From contig CALVOD010000002.1 of assembly GCA_944350065.1 (NCBI GenBank), positions 1-50,921 on the forward strand: a stretch of DNA of 50,921 nt. The letters are read 5' to 3'. The DNA comes from an uncultured Clostridia bacterium (lineage in GTDB: Bacteria; Bacillota; Clostridia; Christensenellales; DTU072). The notes beneath the pieces are model-generated. The model saw only the letters and a list, made by a program, of their open reading frames with translations. It did no database searches and was not told the DNA's origin. Of this stretch, positions 19,313-28,264 are shown one piece after another (the first letter of the stretch is position 1; each line of letters begins with the position of its first letter). A program made the position numbers and the translations under genes.

Positions 19313-20224
19313 TTATTTACCGGCGCCGGCGTCTTTTTTACTCGGTTTGTGATACGGGTGTATCTGCACCGTTTCTTCCGGCGGAATACCGCCCTTACCG
19401 TACCACACCGTTTTGCCTTTTTTCACGTCGCGTACAATTAGGTAAGCGAGCAGTCCCGCCGAAACAAACACGAGTATGCCGCAGATGACCTGCGTATAAT
19501 TGAACACGTCGTAAATGTGCCCGTCGTCGCGGATGAATTCCATCACGAAACGGATAAGACAATACGAGAAAAGATACATCAGCGAGCCCGCGCCGCGCAC
19601 TTTCAGATGCCTCAATATTATCATCATCGCCACGAAGAAGGCGATATCCATCACCATTTCGTAGAAGAAAAGCGCCTGATAAAAGCCGTCAAGTCTCGCG
19701 ATATACACGGCTATCGGGAAAAACTGAAGATTGGGATTGGTTATTTCCGCGCCGAAAATTTCCTGATTGCAGAAATTTCCCCATCTGCCGAGCCCCTGCG
19801 AAAGCAGTACCACAGGTATGACGATATCCGCAACGTCGATGAGATTGACTTTGCGCCATTTACACCAGATAGCGCCGCCGAGCACGCCGAAAGGAACGCC
19901 CGTCATTATCGTGAGACCGCCGTCCCACACCGCTATCACGTTCACGAAATCGTCCCGGCCGAAATCCGAAGGGAAATATTCGGGACGAACCATCACGTAT
20001 CCTATTCTCGCCCCGATTATGGCAAGCGGAATGGCTATTATGAATATTTCTACGAAATCGTCTATGGTGAGGTTATGTTTTTTACCTCTTATCACCGCGG
20101 CAACAAGGCCCGCGAGCATGGCGCAGGTGATGATTATTCCGTACCAGGCTATGTCCCTGCCGCCTATAGTGAAGGCGACGGAGCTCACTTTACCCGTCCA
20201 ATGTATATCGCACAGCACGTCCAA
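19313..20224 (-). CDS. lgt: Prolipoprotein diacylglyceryl transferase
   Basis: Polytopic, with the Lgt signature GRWGNFCNQEIFG and YGIIITCAM. Length is 303 aa. Confidence 0.9.
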   Translation of the reverse strand: MDVLCDIHWTGKVSSVAFTIGGRDIAWYGIIITCAMLAGLVAAVIRGKKHNLTIDDFVEIFIIAIPLAIIGARIGYVMVRPEYFPSDFGRDDFVNVIAVWDGGLTIMTGVPFGVLGGAIWCKWRKVNLIDVADIVIPVVLLSQGLGRWGNFCNQEIFGAEITNPNLQFFPIAVYIARLDGFYQALFFYEMVMDIAFFVAMMIILRHLKVRGAGSLMYLFSYCLIRFVMEFIRDDGHIYDVFNYTQVICGILVFVSAGLLAYLIVRDVKKGKTVWYGKGGIPPEETVQIHPYHKPSKKDAGAGK

Positions 20225-20235
20225 ACCCTCCGCGA

Positions 20236-21519
20236 CTATTCGTCAAGGTCGAGCATCACCGCGCCGCTGTTGCGGATTTTGAGCATGTGGACGTTTTCCT
20301 CTCCGAATATTCCGCTCATATAAGCCCTGAATTCTTCTTTGGCGTCGTTATCGACGAATACGAGTATCGTTCCCGCAAAGCCGCCGCCGTGTACGCGGAA
20401 CGCGCGGACGCCGTCGTAGCTTTCGCACAGCGCAAGCGCAAGCGGTATCGGCTCGGAATGATCGCCTTCGGCATAGCAATTCTGGAGCTTTTTATAAGAA
20501 GATTCGCCCGAAGCGACTATGAGCGCGTACGCTACGTCCTCGTCTCCGTCGCGAATGGCTTCGCGTAATGCTTCCACCCTGTCGTTTTCTTCGAAATAGT
20601 GCATCGCCCTGAGAAGCGCCCTGCCGCTTACCTTATCCTTGATAGCGGATATGGAAGTGTAAAATTCGCCCGCGTCCACGAAACGCAGCTTCTTTTGACC
20701 GAACAGAGAAGCCACTTCTTCCATTTCGGCGCGGATGGCGGCATACTGCGGCGTAAGCTCGCAGTGGTCTCCTCCGCAGTTGACCACGAACACGGCGGTA
20801 TCGTTGAATTCCCAGTTGAGCTTCTCCACTTCGGGAGCGGCGGGATCGAGAAAATCGATATAGCTTATTCCGCCTATAGCGATCGCCGACTGGTCCATAA
20901 GTCCCGAAGGCTTGCCGAAAAACACGTTTTCGGCATATTGGCTGATTATGGCTTTCTCCACGGCGGAAACGACGCCGCCGTTATAAAGCGCGTTCTCGAC
21001 TTCCGCCACGAAAACTTCAAAGGACGCCGAGCTACTCATTCCCGCGCCCTTGAACACGTCCGAAACGGTCGTCGCGTAAAAGCCGCCGAGAGCGTATCCG
21101 CGGTCTTTAAGCGCGCGGCAGACGCCGCGTACGAGCGCGAAAGAAGTTCCTTCCTCGTCCTTTTTCGGCTCGAGGTCGTCGATATCCACTTCCACCGCGG
21201 GGTAACCGAGACTCTTAACGACTATCTTGCGCTCCTTAAGCGGCGTGACAGCCGCGAGAAGATCCACCGATACCGCCGCCGCAAGCACTTTACCGTTATT
21301 GTGGTCGGTGTGGTTGCCGCATACCTCTATTCTGCCGGGCGAGCTGAAAAGTATCGTTTCGCCTTCAACGGATTTGGTATGTTCCGCAACGAGATTCGCC
21401 ACTCTTTCAGCGGATTTTTCGACGTCGCAAGCGTATATCTCCTCCGCCGCGGCGAGAAATTTCTTGTTTTCGAGCAAACTTTTTTTATCGTATAATATTG
21501 CCAAAATCGTCTTCTCCAT
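20236..21519 (-). CDS. galK: GHMP-family sugar kinase, galactokinase-like
   Basis: SPGRIEVCGNHTDHNNGKVLAAAV (galactokinase signature region) and GAGMSSSASFEV (GHMP ATP motif). It is divergent from galT. The start is uncertain: the ATG at 21519 (MEKTILAI) is preferred, because the tracked 21642 start adds an implausible leader running through the promoter region. No clear SD. Confidence 0.78.
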   Translation of the reverse strand: MEKTILAILYDKKSLLENKKFLAAAEEIYACDVEKSAERVANLVAEHTKSVEGETILFSSPGRIEVCGNHTDHNNGKVLAAAVSVDLLAAVTPLKERKIVVKSLGYPAVEVDIDDLEPKKDEEGTSFALVRGVCRALKDRGYALGGFYATTVSDVFKGAGMSSSASFEVFVAEVENALYNGGVVSAVEKAIISQYAENVFFGKPSGLMDQSAIAIGGISYIDFLDPAAPEVEKLNWEFNDTAVFVVNCGGDHCELTPQYAAIRAEMEEVASLFGQKKLRFVDAGEFYTSISAIKDKVSGRALLRAMHYFEENDRVEALREAIRDGDEDVAYALIVASGESSYKKLQNCYAEGDHSEPIPLALALCESYDGVRAFRVHGGGFAGTILVFVDNDAKEEFRAYMSGIFGEENVHMLKIRNSGAVMLDLDE

Positions 21520-21538
21520 ATATAATATTGATATCGCC

Positions 21539-21567
21539 ATTATAGCACATAAGAGTTGATAAGTAAA
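21539..21567 (-). promoter_or_regulatory. Candidate galK promoter
   Basis: The minus strand reads TTTACT, a 17-nt spacer, then TGCTATAAT (extended -10). It lies back-to-back with the galT -35. Confidence 0.4.
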
Positions 21568-21583
21568 CAACAAAAAATATATT
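21556..21583 (+). promoter_or_regulatory. Candidate galT promoter
   Basis: TTGATA, a 16-nt spacer, then TATATT, about 37 nt upstream of the galT ATG. Confidence 0.42.
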
Positions 21584-21619
21584 CGCATCTCAATATAACA
21601 ATATAGATAAGGATCTCCT

Positions 21620-23155
21620 ATGCCTAAACAAAACGCACCCATCGGTAAGTTACTTGCTAATCTTGTCGCATACGCGCAAGATAACCTTCACCTGAGCACT
21701 TTCGACGCCATTTACGCGCGGAACAGGTTGCTCGCTATGTTCGGATTGAGCGAGCCGTCCGCGGCGGACGCGAAAATTCCGCCGTTGCAGACGGGGATAC
21801 TCGACCCGATCGTGAACTACGCCGTGGCTAACGGGCTTGCGGACGAGAGCGAAAAGCTGCTTTTCGAGACCCGCGTAATGGGACTTGTCACACCCGCGCC
21901 GAGCGTAGTGATTGCGGAATTCGACGCTATAGCCGCCAACGAAGGCACAGAAGCCGCGACGGAATATCTGAATAAAATAGGCGTAAACAGCAATTACATA
22001 AGGATGGTCGACATAAACAAAAACATCAAATGGACGGCGGAATTTCCTACCGGCAATCTTACGGTGACCATCAATTTGAGCAAACCCGAAAAAAGCAACG
22101 AGCAGGTAGCCCGCGAGCGCAACGCGCCCGCGACGAATTATCCGAAATGCCTTTTGTGCCTCGACAATCTCGGATTCGACGGTAACGCGCGCCATCCGGC
22201 GCGTGAGACGATCCGCGTTATACCGCTTTATCTCAACGACGAGCCGTGGTTCATGCAATTCAGCCCTTACGTATATTTCGACGGGCACTGCATAGCGGTG
22301 AGCGCGGAGCATCATCCGATGTCCATAACGGACAAAACTTTCGTAAGACTGCTCGATTTCGTCGAGATGTTCCCCCACTATTTCATAGGAAGCAACGCCG
22401 ATCTTCCCATAGTCGGCGGCAGTATCCTTGCCCACGAGCACTATCAAGGCGGCAAGAAGGTATTGCCCATGTTCTCCCGTCCCGTCAGAAGGCAATTCGC
22501 CTCTAAGGCATACCCGAGCGTCAATATCGGTATCCTGGACTGGTACAATTCCGTCGTCAAACTTTCCGGCAAAGTACGCGCCGACGTCGAAGCGGTGGCT
22601 TCCGCGATACTCGCGAAATGGCGCAAATACACCGACACTTCCGTGGGGGTAATAGCGGAGACCAACGCTCCTCATAACACGATAACGCCCATAGCCACCG
22701 TCGAGAACGGCGACTACACGCTTTATCTGATATTGCGCAACAACCGTACCGACGAGAAACATCCTTACGGCATTTATCATCCTACAGAAGATATGCACAA
22801 TATAAAGAAGGAGGGTATCGGGCTTATCGAAGCGATGGGCACGTTCATACTTCCGGGAAGGCTTGCGAGCGAGATACGCGGCATAGTGGACATTCTCAGC
22901 GGTTCCGCTCCTCTCGATTTCGCGGCGCTCAGTGACGAAACCGATCCCCTCTCGAAGCATCTCGGCATGATAATGCAGCTTACCAACGACAACGGCACGG
23001 CTAATTCCATCGACGACGCCGAGGCGCTTATAGTCAAATACGTAAACGAAACCTGCGTAAGAATACTGGAATGCACGGCAGTTTTCAAGAACACCGAAGC
23101 AGGGCAGGAATCCTTCGCGAAATTCCTTGCCGCTTTGGAGATAGAGCCGGCGTAA
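21620..23155 (+). CDS. galT: Galactose-1-phosphate uridylyltransferase, long Firmicute type (class II)
   Basis: 511 aa, the size and layout of class II GalT. It has the HEHYQGG active-site region and is paired with galK. Confidence 0.88.
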   Translation: MPKQNAPIGKLLANLVAYAQDNLHLSTFDAIYARNRLLAMFGLSEPSAADAKIPPLQTGILDPIVNYAVANGLADESEKLLFETRVMGLVTPAPSVVIAEFDAIAANEGTEAATEYLNKIGVNSNYIRMVDINKNIKWTAEFPTGNLTVTINLSKPEKSNEQVARERNAPATNYPKCLLCLDNLGFDGNARHPARETIRVIPLYLNDEPWFMQFSPYVYFDGHCIAVSAEHHPMSITDKTFVRLLDFVEMFPHYFIGSNADLPIVGGSILAHEHYQGGKKVLPMFSRPVRRQFASKAYPSVNIGILDWYNSVVKLSGKVRADVEAVASAILAKWRKYTDTSVGVIAETNAPHNTITPIATVENGDYTLYLILRNNRTDEKHPYGIYHPTEDMHNIKKEGIGLIEAMGTFILPGRLASEIRGIVDILSGSAPLDFAALSDETDPLSKHLGMIMQLTNDNGTANSIDDAEALIVKYVNETCVRILECTAVFKNTEAGQESFAKFLAALEIEPA

Positions 23156-23194
23156 TATCGACGCGACGAAAAGGGTTAGATCGGGTTAAATTAA

Positions 23195-24829
23195 ATGGCG
23201 TACGTATCGTTATATCGCAAATACCGTCCCGCGACGTGGGACAAGGTCATAGGTCAGAGTCATATCGTCACCACGCTCGTCAACCAGATAGAAGCGGGTA
23301 CGGTGGGACACGCGTATCTGTTCACCGGCACGCGCGGAACGGGCAAAACGAGCTCGGCGAAAATTTTTGCGCGCGCAGTTAATTGTCTTCACCCTGAGCA
23401 CGGCTCGCCCTGCGGCAAATGCGAAGTGTGCCGCGCGCTCGCGGGAAGCGACAATATCGATATAATCGAAATGGACGCCGCGAGCAACAACGGCGTGGAC
23501 GAGATCCGCGAGCTCAAGGAAAACGTACAATATCCCCCTACCGTAGGCAAATATAAGGTATATATTATAGACGAAGTTCACATGCTTTCGGCTTCGGCAT
23601 TCAACGCGTTGCTCAAGACGCTCGAGGAGCCGCCCGCCCACGTGATCTTCATACTCGCCACCACCGAAGTGCATAAACTGCCGCAGACCATATTGTCGCG
23701 CTGTATGCGTTTCGACTTCAGATTGGTGTCGAAAACGGAGCTCACGACTTTGCTCGGGAACATTTTCGACGACATAGGCTACGCTTACGAACGCGAAGCG
23801 GCGGAGATACTCGCCGTCCACGGCGAAGGCTCCGTGAGAGACACGCTTTCGCTTGCGGACATGTGCCTCTCATATTCTCCCGACAAACTCACCGTACCTG
23901 CGGTGCTCGAAGTGCTTGGCGCGTCCGACTTCGGCACGTTGAGCGCTCTCGCTTCGGCGGTACTCTCAGGCGACGCGGGGAGCATACTTACGTTAACCGA
24001 CAAGGTTTACGAGCGCGGCAAAGGTCTTACCACTCTCAACAAAGAGCTTTCGGAATTCTTCCGCGAACTGCTTACGGTGAAAAACGTAAACGGCTATCGC
24101 GGCAGCTACAACGACGAAGAATACAAAGCGGCTAAAGAACTTGCCGACAGATACGATAATTTCCGTATTTCTCGGGCGATGCGCCTGCTTGCGGGCGTCG
24201 AAAACGCGCTGCGCTACAGCACCCAGCCGAGGATAATTTTCGAGGCTGTGCTCGTACAGGCGGCTGAGATGAATACGGAGCCGGGCGTCGAGGCGCTCGC
24301 CTCGCGCATAAGCGCGCTCGAAAAGCAGCTGCGCGAGCTCGAATTCGGCGGCGCGGTAGTTTCCGTCAAGCCCGCCGTTCCCGAAGTAAGCGAACAGCAA
24401 GTCGCAGAACGGGTATCTTCGCTTGCGAAAAAGGATACCGCAACGGAAGAAACTACGGTCTTCGAGAGCGCGCCGCAGCGCAAGAGCGCAAGCGACAAAG
24501 CGGTACGTCTTATGGGGCTGATGATAACTGAACTTAGGGAGAACGGATACGGACTGTTGTATCAGGCGTTACGCTCGCAGGAGGATTACGAACTCGAAGG
24601 CAAGACGCTGACGGTACGCGTACACGACGCGGCGAGCTACACGCAGTTGACAGATCCCTCTTACGAAGGGGTGATAGCTGCGGCTCTCAAAGCGGTGACC
24701 GGAGACGCGGGCTACGCGTTCAAATGCATCGGTGAGAAAAAGGAAAGCGGCAAAGCAAAACCGGAAGACAGGATGCGGCTCGTAGATCTGTTCGGAAGCA
24801 AGCTCACCGAGAAGAAACAGACAAAATAA
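23195..24829 (+). CDS. dnaX: DNA polymerase III subunit gamma/tau
   Basis: YRKYRPATWDKVIGQ, GTRGTGKTS, a zinc module (CGKCEVC), DEVHML and SRC. It is followed by ybaB-recR, as is canonical. Confidence 0.93.
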   Translation: MAYVSLYRKYRPATWDKVIGQSHIVTTLVNQIEAGTVGHAYLFTGTRGTGKTSSAKIFARAVNCLHPEHGSPCGKCEVCRALAGSDNIDIIEMDAASNNGVDEIRELKENVQYPPTVGKYKVYIIDEVHMLSASAFNALLKTLEEPPAHVIFILATTEVHKLPQTILSRCMRFDFRLVSKTELTTLLGNIFDDIGYAYEREAAEILAVHGEGSVRDTLSLADMCLSYSPDKLTVPAVLEVLGASDFGTLSALASAVLSGDAGSILTLTDKVYERGKGLTTLNKELSEFFRELLTVKNVNGYRGSYNDEEYKAAKELADRYDNFRISRAMRLLAGVENALRYSTQPRIIFEAVLVQAAEMNTEPGVEALASRISALEKQLRELEFGGAVVSVKPAVPEVSEQQVAERVSSLAKKDTATEETTVFESAPQRKSASDKAVRLMGLMITELRENGYGLLYQALRSQEDYELEGKTLTVRVHDAASYTQLTDPSYEGVIAAALKAVTGDAGYAFKCIGEKKESGKAKPEDRMRLVDLFGSKLTEKKQTK

Positions 24830-24896
24830 TTCAAACCCTATCCGCTCGGGCGTAACTGCGCCGCGAAAGCGGGAATAAACTGATACGGAGGTATCT

Positions 24897-25235
24897 ATGG
24901 CTAAATTCAACGGATTCGGAGGCGGCGGTGGCAATATGCAACAGCTGATGCGCCAGGCGCAACAGATGCAGCAGAAACTTGCCGAGGCGCAGAAAGAACT
25001 TGCGGAAACAGAAGTAGTCGCCACTTCGAGCGGCGGAATGGTGGAAGTGGTCATGGGTTGCGACCGCACGCTCACTTCCATAAAGATCAAACCCGAAGCG
25101 GTGGATCCCGACGACGTCGAAATGCTCGAAGATATGATTACGGCGGCGTTCAACGAAGCCATTAAACTGGTGGAAGAAGAACAGCAGCGCGTAATGGGCC
25201 CGCTCACCGGCGGAATACCCGGAGGGCTTTTCTGA
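24897..25235 (+). CDS. ybaB: Nucleoid-associated protein YbaB/EbfC
   Basis: 112 aa, with MQQLMRQAQQMQQKL and the SGGGMV..-like core. It lies between dnaX and recR. Confidence 0.9.
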   Translation: MAKFNGFGGGGGNMQQLMRQAQQMQQKLAEAQKELAETEVVATSSGGMVEVVMGCDRTLTSIKIKPEAVDPDDVEMLEDMITAAFNEAIKLVEEEQQRVMGPLTGGIPGGLF

Positions 25236-25816
25236 TGCAACCAGAAGCGCTGTCGGCGCTCATAGCGGAATTCCGCAAACTGCCCGCCGTTGGGCTGAAG
25301 ACCGCCACGCGTTACGCATACGCGCTCATAGACATGAGCGAAGCCGAAGCGAGCGAATTCGCGGACGCGATAATGCGCGCGAAGGCGGAAATACATTTCT
25401 GTTCCGAATGCGGCAACTACACCGATCGCGAGGTATGCGAGCGCTGTCTTACCGCCGACAAGCGGGTAATATGCGTTGTCGCCGAGCCGCGCGACGTGAC
25501 CGCTTTCGAGAAGCTCGGCACTTACGATGGGCTGTATCACGTACTTCACGGTACTCTCGATTTCCAGAAAGGTATCGGCGCGGAGCAGATAAGGATAAAA
25601 GAATTGCTCACGCGGCTCGACGGCGTCGAAGAAGTCATCGTGGCGACCAATCCGGACGTTTCCGGCGAGATGACCGCGGCGTACATCGCGAGGCTCATCA
25701 AACCGCTCGGAATTAAAGTTACCCGTCTCGCGCACGGCATACCGGTAGGTTCCGAGATAGAATACACCGACGAAATGACGCTCGGTAAAGCTCTTTCGGA
25801 CAGAAAAGAAATTTGA
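25235..25816 (+). CDS. recR: Recombination protein RecR
   Basis: LIAEFRKLPAVG HhH, a C4 zinc finger (CSECGNYTDREVCERC) and a Toprim region. There is a TGATG overlap with ybaB. Confidence 0.93.
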   Translation: MQPEALSALIAEFRKLPAVGLKTATRYAYALIDMSEAEASEFADAIMRAKAEIHFCSECGNYTDREVCERCLTADKRVICVVAEPRDVTAFEKLGTYDGLYHVLHGTLDFQKGIGAEQIRIKELLTRLDGVEEVIVATNPDVSGEMTAAYIARLIKPLGIKVTRLAHGIPVGSEIEYTDEMTLGKALSDRKEI

Positions 25817-25840
25817 CGTCTTTCGGCGGCGCGCTACATA

Positions 25841-26944
25841 ATGTCTCAGGAAGAGAAAAATACCCGCGACAAAGGGAAATTCATAGCGGTAGTCCTCAGC
25901 TCGGCAATAGCGTTGTGCCTGAGCGCGGTTTCTCTTATGCTTTTCGGGCTGGACACCGCCGTGACCGGTTTTGTCAAACTTACCGTATTCCTGACCGGGC
26001 TTTCCATTGTCACGGCGCTCACTCTTGCGATAATTTTCCGTAATTCGATACACAAGACGGCTTCGGAATTTGCGATGAGCGACTTCGCCGCAGCTCTCAA
26101 AAAAATACCCGTATTTAATAAATTTCTTTCCGATTATAAATACAGAGTTTTGTTTTTCGCGTTTATCACCTCGATATCGAATCTGGGATTTATAATATAT
26201 CTTTTGGTGATGGCGATAACGCATCTTTCGGCGTGGTACGCGTCCCTACTCGGTATGTACACCGCATTATACGTGCTACGTTCGGCGATAATCATTTCGG
26301 ACAGGCTCCACGTCGAAAAAAGAGGTATCAAAGCGCAGTGGATAATATTCCTCGTCACGGGGGCGTGCCTTCCCGCGGTGGCAGGCATAATGGTCGCGCC
26401 CATCATTCAGATGACCATAGGCTCCTATCCCAAAGGCGGCGGAATATTCAATATAGTCGTCAACTCAATCTTCGCCATCACGAAAATAAGCGTCGCAATC
26501 TCGGGAGTCGCCAAATCCCGCAACCGTAAAGAGCCGGTGATTTTCGCGCTCAAGAACATCAACACCGTAGTGGCGTTCATATCGCTGTTCAACTTACAGA
26601 TTTCCATAATCATACCGTTTGCGCACGGTTACACCATGTGGGAAGTGGTTACGGCGTTAGGCGCGCTGATAGCGGGCTGGACGTTACTTCTCGGAGTATA
26701 TATGGTAATTCTGGCGAGCATAAAGCTGAGAAGAATGCACGAAGCGGCGGTCGAGGCGAAAGCGGCTACCGGCGAAAACTTCACCATAAGTAAAACGCGG
26801 TTACTTATAGACAACGACGACGAAGACGACGAGGATTACGAAGACTGCGACGAAAGCTCTAACGAATGCGACGAAACGGAGGAATGCGGCGAAACGTACG
26901 GAACCGACGACGCAGTCCGCAACGAGCCGTCCGCTGACGACTGA
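25841..26944 (+). CDS. Hypothetical polytopic membrane protein with an acidic Cys-containing C-terminal tail
   Basis: About 8 hydrophobic segments. The last 44 residues are DNDDEDDEDYEDCDESSNECDETEECGETYGTDD.... I recognise no family. Confidence 0.65.
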   Translation: MSQEEKNTRDKGKFIAVVLSSAIALCLSAVSLMLFGLDTAVTGFVKLTVFLTGLSIVTALTLAIIFRNSIHKTASEFAMSDFAAALKKIPVFNKFLSDYKYRVLFFAFITSISNLGFIIYLLVMAITHLSAWYASLLGMYTALYVLRSAIIISDRLHVEKRGIKAQWIIFLVTGACLPAVAGIMVAPIIQMTIGSYPKGGGIFNIVVNSIFAITKISVAISGVAKSRNRKEPVIFALKNINTVVAFISLFNLQISIIIPFAHGYTMWEVVTALGALIAGWTLLLGVYMVILASIKLRRMHEAAVEAKAATGENFTISKTRLLIDNDDEDDEDYEDCDESSNECDETEECGETYGTDDAVRNEPSADD

Positions 26945-27133
26945 AAAGCCGAATCCCTACTCTTTTTTGCAAATTTTCCGCGAACGCAAAGCCATATTTA
27001 ATTCGGATTTAAATATAATTCATTTTTATTTAAAAGAATTTTTTCGATACCGAAAATAAAAATACCGCGAAACGAAAATCTTTTCAGAATCCGCAGATTA
27101 CGTTTCTCGCCGTGAAGGCGTTTCTATGGCGAT

Positions 27134-28261
27134 TTATCTCATTTTAACGAGTTTATCGAGATTTTCCGAAAAAAACTTCTTATACGCCGAACATTTATCC
27201 ACGTCGAGGCGCTCGCGCTTGCAACCGTTGCGGCAAAGCGCGAAATACTTGCAAGAGCGGCATTTTTCCGGCAAAATCATACTTTCTTTTATGAACGCCA
27301 CGGCTTTCGGGTGCGCCGCGAAGGTCGAAAAGTTTGCGTTTTCGGTATTCACGTTCCCGAGCGAATATTCGTCGAGACAATAGAAGTCGCAGGGATAGAC
27401 CTCGCCGTCCCCTTCTATAACGAATTGGTGCGAACAATGACCGTTCATACCGCATTGCTCTGCGCTTCCGAAGTGCGCAAGGCGCACGAAGTTGTCGAAC
27501 TGCCTCACCGAAACGTATTCGCCCGACATATAGTCCGCGTAATAGCGCGAAAAAACTTCTTCGAGAAAACGGGAGTAATCCTCCGCCGAAAGCGAATACC
27601 GCATACCGTCTGCAAGCGCAGGCGAATAATCGCAAGTTCGGTCTATCCCGCCGCGCTCGTCGAAGCGGAAGGGCTTAAGGCAGGGAATGAACTGAAGATA
27701 ACGGAAACCGTTCTTCTTGAAAAAGTCGTATATTTCCCCCGCTCTTTGCGCCACCGGCGCCGTAAGCACGGTAAGGATATTGAATTCCGCCTTTTTGCTT
27801 TGCATAAGGCGAGCGGCTGCGAAAACTTTCTCAAAAGTGCTTTCGCCGCGCTTGTCGGTACGGAAAGCGTTCGCGCGTTCGTCTCCGTCGAGCGACAGCC
27901 CGACGAGCCAACCGTTTCCGGCAAAGATATCGCACCATTCCTCGTCGATAAGCGTGCCGTTGGTCTGTATCCCTACGGAAACCTTACCTCCCCTTTCGCG
28001 ATATTTTGCGAGTATCCGCGCCGTATGAATAAAAAATTCTTTCCCGCGCAAAAGCGGCTCGCCGCCCTGAAACGAAAGCGAAAGCGGCGCGCCCTCGGTA
28101 AACGCGAAGGCTTTGGCAAGCGTCGTCTCCAACGTGCGCTCGCTCATAAATCCGTGCGAAGGCGCTGAGCGGGAAGCGCACAGCGAATGATAGAAGCAAT
28201 ATTTACAATCGAGATTGCACTCCGACGAAGCGGGTTTCAGCATTATCGACAAAGGTTTCAC
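27134..28261 (-). CDS. Radical SAM / SPASM anaerobic sulfatase-maturating enzyme
   Basis: N-terminal CNLDCKYC (CX3CX2C) at codons 15-22. A C-terminal Cys-rich SPASM region (CDFYC...CRSCKYFALCRNGC). It lies 3 nt downstream of a Cys-type sulfatase. Confidence 0.85.
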   Translation of the reverse strand: MKPLSIMLKPASSECNLDCKYCFYHSLCASRSAPSHGFMSERTLETTLAKAFAFTEGAPLSLSFQGGEPLLRGKEFFIHTARILAKYRERGGKVSVGIQTNGTLIDEEWCDIFAGNGWLVGLSLDGDERANAFRTDKRGESTFEKVFAAARLMQSKKAEFNILTVLTAPVAQRAGEIYDFFKKNGFRYLQFIPCLKPFRFDERGGIDRTCDYSPALADGMRYSLSAEDYSRFLEEVFSRYYADYMSGEYVSVRQFDNFVRLAHFGSAEQCGMNGHCSHQFVIEGDGEVYPCDFYCLDEYSLGNVNTENANFSTFAAHPKAVAFIKESMILPEKCRSCKYFALCRNGCKRERLDVDKCSAYKKFFSENLDKLVKMR

Positions 28262-28264
28262 TCG

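Noticed and set aside
21520-21619. Possible replication origin. Nearly all genes to the left are on the minus strand, including dnaB. dnaX-recR lie to the right on the plus strand. The spacer is AT-rich.
   Set aside because: There is no dnaA, dnaN or rpmH. I found no cluster of TTATCCACA-like boxes in the spacer. Minus-strand genes resume at 27134-34157. The spacer is fully explained by divergent galK and galT promoters.
23156-23194. An expected SRP (4.5S/scRNA) gene upstream of dnaX, as in B. subtilis.
   Set aside because: The gap is only 39 nt, and no SRP domain IV-like sequence is visible there or elsewhere in the window.
24736-24742. GAAAAAG in dnaX (codons GAG AAA AAG), which resembles the E. 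coli dnaX A-AAA-AAG frameshift heptamer.
   Set aside because: The first base is G, not A. There is no downstream stem-loop. The site is about 30 codons from the natural stop, so a shift could not produce a gamma-like truncated product.
24569-26224. A 551-codon minus-strand ORF crossing the dnaX 3' end, ybaB, recR and the next gene.
   Set aside because: It runs antisense through four well-supported plus-strand genes and their intergenic spacers. It has no motifs and a shadow-type composition.
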